From IMG/VR virus record IMGVR_UViG_3300002122_000002: DNA of 20,000 bases. One strand, 5' to 3'. Under the pieces are notes generated by a model. That model searched no databases, had not been told where the DNA came from, and saw only the letters and a program-made list of their open reading frames with translations. Of this stretch, positions 8,624 through 16,300 are shown one piece after another. How positions within the stretch are numbered: the stretch's first letter is position 1; each line of letters opens with the position of its first letter. The DNA comes from an uncultured virus (IMG/VR IMGVR_UViG_3300002122_000002) (Duplodnaviria; Heunggongvirae; Uroviricota; Caudoviricetes). Made by a program: the position numbers and the translations under genes.

Positions 8624-9429
8624 TCTTCGTCTCCTCTTCTACGTTCGGTATAGTATTTTTCCCATCCGGGAATTTGCCAGCACACGTGTTTAAAATCACA
8701 ACTGTTACAGGTATAGGTTCCGATATTTTTGGGGTAGTTACCTGTATCACGTGCATGCTTCATTAGCCCCGCCGCGGCTACCAAAGCTTGGTCGTCGTCG
8801 GCACTCTTGTAGTAGTCGTAAGCTTCGACAGTTTCGTACTCTGGAATGACCACATATTTCATCTTGTTTGGCCACTCTTTTAGTATATCACTCTTATAGG
8901 GTGGTGTCAAGTAAATAGGTCCCTGCCACCCTTTGGCCCCCACGTAAATGAGTTCCCCGCCGGGCAATTTGGTGGTATTCCAGAGTTTACTACTCGTCTT
9001 CCAATCTATCAGGACACTCTCGCCTTCGGGAGTCTCGGCTATTACATCTATGATCCCAAAGAGTTGCATGTCTTCAGTCAGCGGCGCTATGTGCTTGACC
9101 TCAGTGGCGAGAATGCGATAGCCCTTTTTCTCTATCCAATTAAGTGCACGTTCAGCCCGCGTCATTACTTCCATCGACGGTATAGATTCATAAGTTATGG
9201 CTACTGGAGGCTTGCCTTGCTCAAGACTTTTCTCGATAACCTCATGCACAGCTATGCCAAACTTCATGGGCGCGGGCATGAACTCAGGCTTCAAACTCCA
9301 ATGCCGATAGAGATATGCGCGGTATGCACATCCGCTGAAGAACTTCTCTAATGAAGACTTACTTACTGTGAACATCTGTTGAGACAACTCCTCTTCCAAT
9401 TGTTGCTCCCAAAGCTTATGGAAAGGCAT
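8620..9429 (-). CDS. Cas4-like PD-(D/E)XK exonuclease with predicted Fe-S cluster
   Basis: N-terminal Cys (GCAY), FGIAVHE, ATE, GIIDVI, IDWKTS, QGPIY, C-terminal CNSCDFKHVC; start placed at ATG 9429 just after the recA stop. Confidence 0.85.
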   Translation of the reverse strand: MPFHKLWEQQLEEELSQQMFTVSKSSLEKFFSGCAYRAYLYRHWSLKPEFMPAPMKFGIAVHEVIEKSLEQGKPPVAITYESIPSMEVMTRAERALNWIEKKGYRILATEVKHIAPLTEDMQLFGIIDVIAETPEGESVLIDWKTSSKLWNTTKLPGGELIYVGAKGWQGPIYLTPPYKSDILKEWPNKMKYVVIPEYETVEAYDYYKSADDDQALVAAAGLMKHARDTGNYPKNIGTYTCNSCDFKHVCWQIPGWEKYYTERRRGDEE

Positions 9430-9430
9430 G

Positions 9431-10465
9431 TCACACTGGGTTCTCCTTATTGTATCGAGCCAACGCTTCATAGAAGGGCTCAAAGGTCTTCTGATGCTTC
9501 TCTGGTTCTAGTGCCTGCTCCGCCAGCGTACCAATCCTACCCTGTGACATCCATTTCCACTCTTTGTCGTCGCCATCCATAACTTCAAGTTTGATTGTAT
9601 TATCAGCCTTCGCCAGCCCCAGCTTGATACAATCAGTTACGGCAGTCATTTCCCGACTAATCCCAAAGCCCGGGATAAAATATACCCAGCCCTTGCGGCC
9701 CTTGGCCCCATACTTTAACTTTTGTATGGCAACCTCGGCCACAAAGTTTCCGGTATCCTTTGGCCAGTCGCTCTCTATGCGTCGAATCCACGCCCGCACA
9801 ATAGCTAGGTACTTGGTCTTTCTGCCGCCGGGCGTAGAGAACCCCTGTCCACCGATATTGGGGCTGGTATGGTTGATTACGAAGTACCACTTCGGGTCCT
9901 CGTTCAAGCGCAGCCACGTGTTAACTCGCTTGGCTACATCGTTTAGGGTCTTGGCTTCCTGTCCCATGGTACGTTCTCCAATTGGCTTGGCCCGAGCTAC
10001 TTCGCTTGCAAATGCACCATAGGAGTCTACAATAGCTCCAGATACCTCGTCGTCCAGCAGATAGTCCACCGTTTCCTGTACCATCTTTTCATGGGGGCGG
10101 GGTACTTCCTGCTTCTTCTCAGTCTCCGTATAGTCCACCAAGAAAATCTCGCCGGTATGTCCAGCATTGTGGGTTACGGCCTCAACATATTCTTTATTTA
10201 TGGATGCTTCTAAGTCACAAACTACTATTCGTTTGTTCCCCGCACGACGTCCCACAAGATAGTAAGCAAGAGTGCTTTTTCCTGTGTGCTCATCCCCGTA
10301 GAGTTCAATAATTCCTCTAGACGGTGTTCCCAATTCGCCGCGGAATCCAACGGCCCGATCGAAGGACCAGAGACCGGACGCAGTGCGTTCGACTGGCCGG
10401 AAATTCCCAATGACTCTTTCCGCGCGTCTTCGTATTTCTTCCATTCCTCGTATTTCATCGTTCAT
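9431..10465 (-). CDS. recA: RecA/UvsX-like recombinase
   Basis: SGLWSFDRAVG, IIELYGDEHTGKST (Walker A), DLE, IVDS (Walker B), TPGGRKTKY. Confidence 0.9.
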   Translation of the reverse strand: MNDEIRGMEEIRRRAERVIGNFRPVERTASGLWSFDRAVGFRGELGTPSRGIIELYGDEHTGKSTLAYYLVGRRAGNKRIVVCDLEASINKEYVEAVTHNAGHTGEIFLVDYTETEKKQEVPRPHEKMVQETVDYLLDDEVSGAIVDSYGAFASEVARAKPIGERTMGQEAKTLNDVAKRVNTWLRLNEDPKWYFVINHTSPNIGGQGFSTPGGRKTKYLAIVRAWIRRIESDWPKDTGNFVAEVAIQKLKYGAKGRKGWVYFIPGFGISREMTAVTDCIKLGLAKADNTIKLEVMDGDDKEWKWMSQGRIGTLAEQALEPEKHQKTFEPFYEALARYNKENPV

Positions 10466-10809
10466 TCCTCCACGCTCCGCCCAAGGGCTAGTTCAAGCAA
10501 CATCGCCTGAACGTTGAATAGGATGGCACATAGTAGTGCCACAAGTTCCTTCGTGTTCTCTGGATCAGCCCGCCACGTGAACCACAAGTCCCAAGCATGT
10601 CGAACTAAACTCTTTATAAGTTGTCGGCGGGGCATCCCCTTCTGCCAATTGTCTGCGGTTCTTAGGGTTCCATCGGCCTGCAACCTATGCTTGTGCATGT
10701 ATTCTGCGAATACCCGCATTGCTATTGGAGAAATAAATCCTTCCCAATCTAGCTTATTTTCATCGGTGTCGCGGGTGGCCCCGCTTACGAATGTTCTAAT
10801 TTCTCCCAT
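10462..10809 (-). CDS. dATP/dGTP diphosphohydrolase-like protein (DUF5664-type)
   Basis: FVSGATRDTDENK...NWQKGMP...SLVRH...CAILFN pattern. Confidence 0.7.
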   Translation of the reverse strand: MGEIRTFVSGATRDTDENKLDWEGFISPIAMRVFAEYMHKHRLQADGTLRTADNWQKGMPRRQLIKSLVRHAWDLWFTWRADPENTKELVALLCAILFNVQAMLLELALGRSVEE

Positions 10810-11332
10810 CGTTAATAGCTCCTAACAGTTGATATAGGTCAGACCAGCTATTACCCCGCTTGTCCTGATTCCATGGCCATGCAAGATAGTGTACATCACA
10901 ATCTTTAGATAAGGCAAAGTCAATGGTTATAGGTGAATCATCAATAACCAAACAACCTCGTTCAACAAATTCTTTCTTATTATGTCCAGTATATACCATC
11001 GAGTAGGGCTTTAGTTCATTTATTTCTAGCCACTTGGACAATAGGTGGGCGGTATTTTCCGCTCTATGTGAGGCTACGCAAATTTCATACTCTTTTTGAT
11101 TTAGGACATTGAACAGTTCTGTGGCACCTGAAAATGCTGGATAGTTTATTTGTGTCATATGAACTATATCAACTGCGGCATAGAACTGCTCCTTTGTCAT
11201 ATACTCAAGGAACCAGTTCCAGTTTGACATATCTGTGCCTATTGTTTCTGGGTACAACTTTTGTAGTAACTCAGTTAGTGGATAGTACAGATTCCAGAGA
11301 ATTCCATCTACGTCTACTATAGCTCGTTTCAT
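10796..11332 (-). CDS. HAD-family 5'(3')-deoxyribonucleotidase
   Basis: IVDVDGIL (motif I), VASHR (II), K (III), VIDDSP (IV), AWPWNQ. Confidence 0.85.
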   Translation of the reverse strand: MKRAIVDVDGILWNLYYPLTELLQKLYPETIGTDMSNWNWFLEYMTKEQFYAAVDIVHMTQINYPAFSGATELFNVLNQKEYEICVASHRAENTAHLLSKWLEINELKPYSMVYTGHNKKEFVERGCLVIDDSPITIDFALSKDCDVHYLAWPWNQDKRGNSWSDLYQLLGAINDGRN

Positions 11333-11970
11333 TGATCGTGTATCCCCGACGCTAGTGTAGTTGCTACTGCGGCGTCTATATCTTCATCTCCCGTTTCCGG
11401 GACAAGGAATCCAAACTGTTTAATCTTTCCGCGCGGGCCACGCTTGCAATAAAGCGTACCTTCCGGCGTTCTCCATCTATGAAGACGAGTATTACCAGAA
11501 GTATGAGTATCCCGAACCCGATCCCGTATTTCCAACATCGCTTTAACATCTGGAGCCATTTCGAGATCATCCCAATCCTCCTCTTCAAAGTCGCCCTCAC
11601 GCGCCGCGGCGATCAACTTGATAAGCCCCTCAATTGGCTTGCCAGCCAACCTAGGATGGTCTAGGACAACGTACTGAAAAGCGTTAGCATACTTCATGAA
11701 CGTGTCTTTGGGCACACCCATTTCCCGTTCAACCGCATCCTCTACTCGATCTCCGCCGGTTTCAAACTTGGGCCAAGCCCGCTTAAGTTCATAGAAGAGT
11801 TTGGCTAACTTAACTCCTTTGATACGCCCCTCTCGTATGATATTGCGCCCAAACTCAAATGCTACTTCCGGTGTTCCCGAGAGCAGTGAGAGTTCTATTG
11901 CGCGATCTGTGGTCTCTACTAGTTCCTCCCACTCGTTATTTGAAAGGAACAACGCCGCGTCATTTGCCAT
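11329..11970 (-). CDS. Hypothetical helical protein, possibly DNA-binding
   Basis: 213-aa ORF with GGAG SD, overlapping neighbours; HTH-like VEREMGVPKDTFMKY. Confidence 0.65.
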   Translation of the reverse strand: MANDAALFLSNNEWEELVETTDRAIELSLLSGTPEVAFEFGRNIIREGRIKGVKLAKLFYELKRAWPKFETGGDRVEDAVEREMGVPKDTFMKYANAFQYVVLDHPRLAGKPIEGLIKLIAAAREGDFEEEDWDDLEMAPDVKAMLEIRDRVRDTHTSGNTRLHRWRTPEGTLYCKRGPRGKIKQFGFLVPETGDEDIDAAVATTLASGIHDQ

Positions 11971-12475
11971 GTGTCATTTCTCCAAATCGGGTTATGGCTA
12001 ACCTAACCTCGCCCAGCATATCGAATCCTGTAGAGGCCTTGACCATTGCCATAGCTTGTACATTGGCGGGCAAGACTTCCCTTGGTATCGGCAATCCATT
12101 AAACTCTGCAGCAGAAATGTTCTCTCCTAACAAGACCTGTAACGGATCAGTGCCGGCGATCAGGGCAAACTCTACGCGTAGTAACTCATTCATAAAGGCC
12201 GTAGCGTGAAACCCTGGCTCACATTCCCCCTTCTTCTTCTTGCCGTGTAACCAGAGGTTTGTGAATCTAACCCGTGCCGGGTTGATGCTCGCCCGTTCAA
12301 GCTCTCCCGCTATGATGTTCCCCGCTCGCACTTTCTTGTCTCCGCCACAGAAGGGTGTACCCATTAGCACGTCGAACCAGTCAGGATAATCCCCAACTAC
12401 TAGAATGTTAGTATTGATCGGGCCACGGGAAGACAGTAGAAAGTCTCCACAGTGTGGACACTGTTCTTTAGGCAT
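11960..12475 (-). CDS. Family-4 uracil-DNA-glycosylase-fold protein, catalytically diverged
   Basis: CxxC...GPINTNILVVGDYPD...GTPFCG...AG...FTNL follows the UDG-4 pattern (GEAPG..G.PFvG.aG...yiTN); the C-terminal HP motif is absent. Confidence 0.7.
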   Translation of the reverse strand: MPKEQCPHCGDFLLSSRGPINTNILVVGDYPDWFDVLMGTPFCGGDKKVRAGNIIAGELERASINPARVRFTNLWLHGKKKKGECEPGFHATAFMNELLRVEFALIAGTDPLQVLLGENISAAEFNGLPIPREVLPANVQAMAMVKASTGFDMLGEVRLAITRFGEMTHGK

Positions 12476-14129
12476 TAAGGTCTCTCCAATTCGGTCCCGT
12501 TTTGATTACTAGTTTCGTCGGGACATTTGGCATAAGCTTATGTCCTGCCTCTAACCACGCTTCCGTTACGATTTCCCTGTACTGTGGTATCAGGCCTTTT
12601 GGTACATCCAATACCATTTCATCGTGTACCATAATGTTTACCAGAAATTCTAGTCCTTTGGCCTTGCATAATTCCCGGGTGTAGACCAGAGCCAACTTCG
12701 TGTGGTCTGCTGCCGACCCTTGTATTGGGCCGTTTATTGCGTTCCGTGATGACTGATGGTTGTAAGGGTTTGTCCAAACCCTGCGGCCCGTTACGGTGTT
12801 TACGTAATTTACCCGCTCGGCCTGCCGCTTCTGTCTGTCCATCCAAGCGTGATACTCAGGATAGTGCTGTCGGCGTTTTCGTAGGCCGTCCTCTACTTCC
12901 TCTATATCTAGGTTATGCTCTGTTGCCAATCCCCAGGCGCTCTTGCCATAGTTCAGGCTTAAGTGAATCTTCTTGCCGCGGTCCCGATCTACTCGGAACA
13001 AATCGGCATTTACTTGATGCAGGTCTATTCCATCAATGAGTTCTTGTCGTAGAGTCTTATCCCTAGACAACTGTGCACTATAGCAGGGTTCCTGCTGGTT
13101 CTGGTCTACAACCAATAACTCGTTGCCCGGGCTTGCCAAGAAGTATGAGCGGTAAACCAATCCCTCATCCTTCTTTGGAATGTTCATCATGTTTGGGTCC
13201 GAGCAAGCCATACGGCCAGTCTCAGGTCCTGTAGTCTTCCAGTCCGGGTAAATCAAATTCCCTTCTTCTACATTGGTGGCAACAAACTTAGGACCATACT
13301 TGGCATAGGCGTCTCGGCAATGCCGCGCCCGCAAAATTCCATTTAGGAGTGTAGTCTGATGCTCATTAGCCCCCTTTAGCCAGCCCTCTAAGGACTCTTG
13401 ATCGCAGGATGAATCCTTACGAATCTTCTTAATGCCCGCAGCCTTGAGCGCCGCCTGCACTTGTGGTTGGGATTTCACGTTGAAGCCCAACCCTTCCTGT
13501 ATCCGATGCCCTTCTTCTAATAGAGCTTCGGCGTTTGCAATCCATCCATCTACATCCATGCGAATGGGCTTCATATTCATTACTGCCCACATCGCCGGTT
13601 GATCTATCTCCCAATACCACGGGAACTCATTGGCATACTCATTATAGACTATTTTCCATTGTGCCAGAGCTACCTGTCGAGTTACATCAGCGTCTTGTAT
13701 AGCGTACTGTGCCATATCTGGCGTAAGCTCTGTAGCATCCACAAATTCGTTCCGAATATCCTTCTCTAGGTACAGTCTAAGATGTCTCCGTGCTAGGGCC
13801 TGGAGGCTGAAGCTCTGATACCATCCCCCGAATAGGTCCTGCTCCACCATCATTGTGTCCCATACTGCCGGCTCCCATCCCATCGGCCAAATCCCGTGAT
13901 GGGTTAATTGGCGTATGTCGTAAATTGCATTCTGAAGTGCAATTACACCATCGTACTCCTTCAAGGCCAAAAGGTACTTCTGGCTCTCTTCCTTGTCGGC
14001 AGATAGAAAATTGTTTGTCGGGACCCCCAAACCAGATGTTGTTAGACATGCAAATTTACCTCCTGGTCTATGTAAATTTCCATAGTGTTGAAACCATTCT
14101 GTATCTAATCCAACTAAGTTAACTGACAT
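12468..14129 (-). CDS. polA: Family A DNA polymerase (3'-5' exo + pol, no 5'-3' exo)
   Basis: ExoI LDTE, ExoII NAIYD, ExoIII YAIQD; TGR..SDPN..NIP, motif A DQNQQE, motif B RxxxKxxxLxxxYG, NGPIQGSAAD, motif C VHDE. Confidence 0.95.
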   Translation of the reverse strand: MSVNLVGLDTEWFQHYGNLHRPGGKFACLTTSGLGVPTNNFLSADKEESQKYLLALKEYDGVIALQNAIYDIRQLTHHGIWPMGWEPAVWDTMMVEQDLFGGWYQSFSLQALARRHLRLYLEKDIRNEFVDATELTPDMAQYAIQDADVTRQVALAQWKIVYNEYANEFPWYWEIDQPAMWAVMNMKPIRMDVDGWIANAEALLEEGHRIQEGLGFNVKSQPQVQAALKAAGIKKIRKDSSCDQESLEGWLKGANEHQTTLLNGILRARHCRDAYAKYGPKFVATNVEEGNLIYPDWKTTGPETGRMACSDPNMMNIPKKDEGLVYRSYFLASPGNELLVVDQNQQEPCYSAQLSRDKTLRQELIDGIDLHQVNADLFRVDRDRGKKIHLSLNYGKSAWGLATEHNLDIEEVEDGLRKRRQHYPEYHAWMDRQKRQAERVNYVNTVTGRRVWTNPYNHQSSRNAINGPIQGSAADHTKLALVYTRELCKAKGLEFLVNIMVHDEMVLDVPKGLIPQYREIVTEAWLEAGHKLMPNVPTKLVIKTGPNWRDLNA

Positions 14130-14586
14130 GGGACCAGGACTTTCTATTGACTATTTTTCCCACGTTTGAACGGCATACTCTAAACATTTTTCCTATTATA
14201 TCGTGTGTAATTCTAATCTTAGCAAGTCTTCGGATTTCTCTAATGTCTTTTTCAGTAAGTTTGGCTTGCCCATTTAGCATTCCAATTGTGCCGCCTGGAC
14301 GGCGTAACCATTCCTCTACTGACTTTTTGATTTGTTGTTTTCGTCTTGCACTCATTAAAGGATATAGCATAACCATCCATTGATATGCCAATATGCCATG
14401 AATTTGTACTGTATAGAATGTTCTTCCTGTTGGGGTATGTCCACTAGTTAAGTTTCCCCGTATTTTTTGTGTTACTTTATTTGCAGAATCTAAATCTACA
14501 GTACCATAGCGTAGGCGTAACGAGTTAGCAAGATCAAAACTTCCTTCTCCCTCTAATAGCCCCACTAACCAATATAGAGTTTTCAT
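14119..14586 (-). mobile_element. Free-standing single-motif LAGLIDADG homing endonuclease with C-terminal HTH
   Basis: WLVGLLEGEGSF motif; LYPLMSARRKQQI; C-terminal NGQAKLTEKDIREIR...VCRSNVGKIVNRKSWSHV; visibly AT-rich relative to its flanks. Confidence 0.8.
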
Positions 14587-14590
14587 GTTG

Positions 14591-15751
14591 TCAACCAGAG
14601 TAGTGAGGGTACCATTCTAAAGTCCGGGAACCCCAAGTTCCATTTTCATCATTCCATCGAACTTGTGCGGCTCCGAGACTGCCCCGCTTTAGTCCCAGCC
14701 GACTGGCCCCAAACTTTAGGTAGCCCATTCCAGGTACATAAGGAAGCCCCGCCTTGTTCTTGCTGCTCATGTCTATATCAAGTAGTGCCGGGTTGTGAAC
14801 AATGATAATTAGGGATGCCTCATGTTCTGCGATGCCAGAATACCAAATTGAACTTACATCTGCTTCTCCGCCGACATAGTTTCTAGATACTCCAGCGATC
14901 AGAAGGGTGGGTATTTCACTGTTCTTAGACAGGTCGCCCATGCCCATGTAAATACTACTCATTGACTCTACGCCCGGCGGTCTACCATACAGCATCTTGC
15001 TGGCATAGTCTACGCCTATTAGCTTCAAGTCATATTCCGATGCCAGCCGCATCGCTTCGCTCTGGACTCGGGCCTCATTCATTGGTTCATCTATGATACG
15101 AATGAAGTCCATCTGTTCATTAGTTAGACCTTCTACTTGAAGCAGTCGGGCCTTCGCTAGTTCCTTTCTCATTTCCAGCGAGAAGAACGCCGAATATAGT
15201 CCGCGCTTTGCGTTCTCTGCGAGTAATCGGAGTAGAAGGGTTGTCTTACCAAGCTTCGCTGGTCCTGATACAATCGTGAGCCCAGCATAAGGAAGCCCGC
15301 CGGCATTCGCGTCAATAGGTTCGTAGCCACAGGGAGCCCAAATCTCGTCTTCCCTAAGAAGAGCAACGTCCGCCATGCTAACAAAGCCGCTCTCCCCTCT
15401 ATCCAGTTGTGATGCAAGTTGTAGAATCTTGTTGCTATCCTCACCCTCTCCCTCCTTCAACTTCTCCCCTATTCGAACAAGCCGTTTTCCTACGTCCGCC
15501 TGAACAGCGCGGGTCTGCAATAGTCGTGCCCAATCTGCGGCTTCATCAATGCTAATGCCCTCTGCTGCTAGTTCTGCAGTCCGCATAGCATCAAAGCCAT
15601 GGTTGGCCTTTAGCTCAGGAAGCCCCATCCGCCCCACATCTTGCAGGGCGGAGTTGTAGGGCTCAGAGAAATGCTCAGGGTTGAAGACGCCCGGCTCGGC
15701 CCCCTTTAGGACCAAACCAAAGCATACCTCGCTTGTTCTGCGCTGGTTCAT
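14591..15751 (-). CDS. dnaB: DnaB-like replicative helicase
   Basis: GPAKLGKTT (Walker A), FFSLEM, LIGVDY (Walker B), YSGIAEHEA. Confidence 0.85.
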   Translation of the reverse strand: MNQRRTSEVCFGLVLKGAEPGVFNPEHFSEPYNSALQDVGRMGLPELKANHGFDAMRTAELAAEGISIDEAADWARLLQTRAVQADVGKRLVRIGEKLKEGEGEDSNKILQLASQLDRGESGFVSMADVALLREDEIWAPCGYEPIDANAGGLPYAGLTIVSGPAKLGKTTLLLRLLAENAKRGLYSAFFSLEMRKELAKARLLQVEGLTNEQMDFIRIIDEPMNEARVQSEAMRLASEYDLKLIGVDYASKMLYGRPPGVESMSSIYMGMGDLSKNSEIPTLLIAGVSRNYVGGEADVSSIWYSGIAEHEASLIIIVHNPALLDIDMSSKNKAGLPYVPGMGYLKFGASRLGLKRGSLGAAQVRWNDENGTWGSRTLEWYPHYSG

Positions 15752-15754
15752 AAG

Positions 15755-16012
15755 TTACTTTTTCTTCTTCTTTGCTGGTGGTTTATAGATGCCAAGTGAC
15801 TTTAGAATGAAGGCTTCAAAATCTGAGTCTCTAGAGAACAGAACGTCATTAATGGCATCTGCCCAATAGACTTCCTTAAAGCCTTCGATTATTCCCTGTT
15901 CTATAGCTTTCTCGATTTGTGGGGCTACTCTAGTTGCTATTGCCTCAATATCAATCTTGTTCAAAACCTTCTTTGCAACTGCATCGTTTACTGCCTGTTC
16001 TACTGATTTCAT
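15755..16012 (-). CDS. Hypothetical protein with poly-Lys C-terminus
   Basis: AAGGAG SD, directly downstream of the predicted promoter. Confidence 0.75.
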   Translation of the reverse strand: MKSVEQAVNDAVAKKVLNKIDIEAIATRVAPQIEKAIEQGIIEGFKEVYWADAINDVLFSRDSDFEAFILKSLGIYKPPAKKKKK

Positions 16013-16032
16013 GTTGTTCTCTCCTTAACTAT

Positions 16033-16061
16033 ATACTAGCACACATGTCAAGGTTTGTCAA
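16033..16061 (-). promoter_or_regulatory. Sigma70-type promoter driving the helicase-polA operon
   Basis: TTGACA (16061-16056) - 17 nt - TAGTAT (16038-16033) with extended -10 TGn; second TTGACA 10 nt downstream of the first. Confidence 0.75.
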
Positions 16062-16290
16062 GTGCCTCTTGGGCGGCAACCCGACGACGAAATTCATTTC
16101 GTATGCTGGGCGGCAAACGCCTAATTTCTCTATCCATCGCCTCCAGCTTGGCTTCTAGGGCGGCGACGGACTCGCTCAACTTAATAAGTAACACAATCTC
16201 GGGCATCAGATAGGTGTCATCCGAATATCTGGCTTTCTCTTCTATCTGCAGAATAAGACGAAATAACTTAGTGCTGGCTGATTCAGTCAT
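16048..16290 (-). CDS. Hypothetical 80-aa helical protein
   Basis: AAAGGAG SD 8 nt before ATG; co-oriented with the operon. Confidence 0.65.
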   Translation of the reverse strand: MTESASTKLFRLILQIEEKARYSDDTYLMPEIVLLIKLSESVAALEAKLEAMDREIRRLPPSIRNEFRRRVAAQEALDKP

Positions 16291-16300
16291 TCTCCCTGCT

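Noticed and set aside
8620..9429. Cas4-like gene as evidence of a CRISPR-Cas system
   Set aside because: No repeat-spacer array or other cas genes seen; solo Cas4-like nucleases are common in phage recombination modules
9389..10523. Possible fourth bracket around recA (UGUUGCUU/GAGCAACA plus short adjacent helices)
   Set aside because: Only 8 contiguous pairs; not distinguishable from chance by eye
14119..14586. Group I intron or intein hosting the LAGLIDADG ORF
   Set aside because: The flanking genes are complete and abut it (4-nt gap, 11-nt overlap), leaving no room for a ribozyme core; no intein splice motifs
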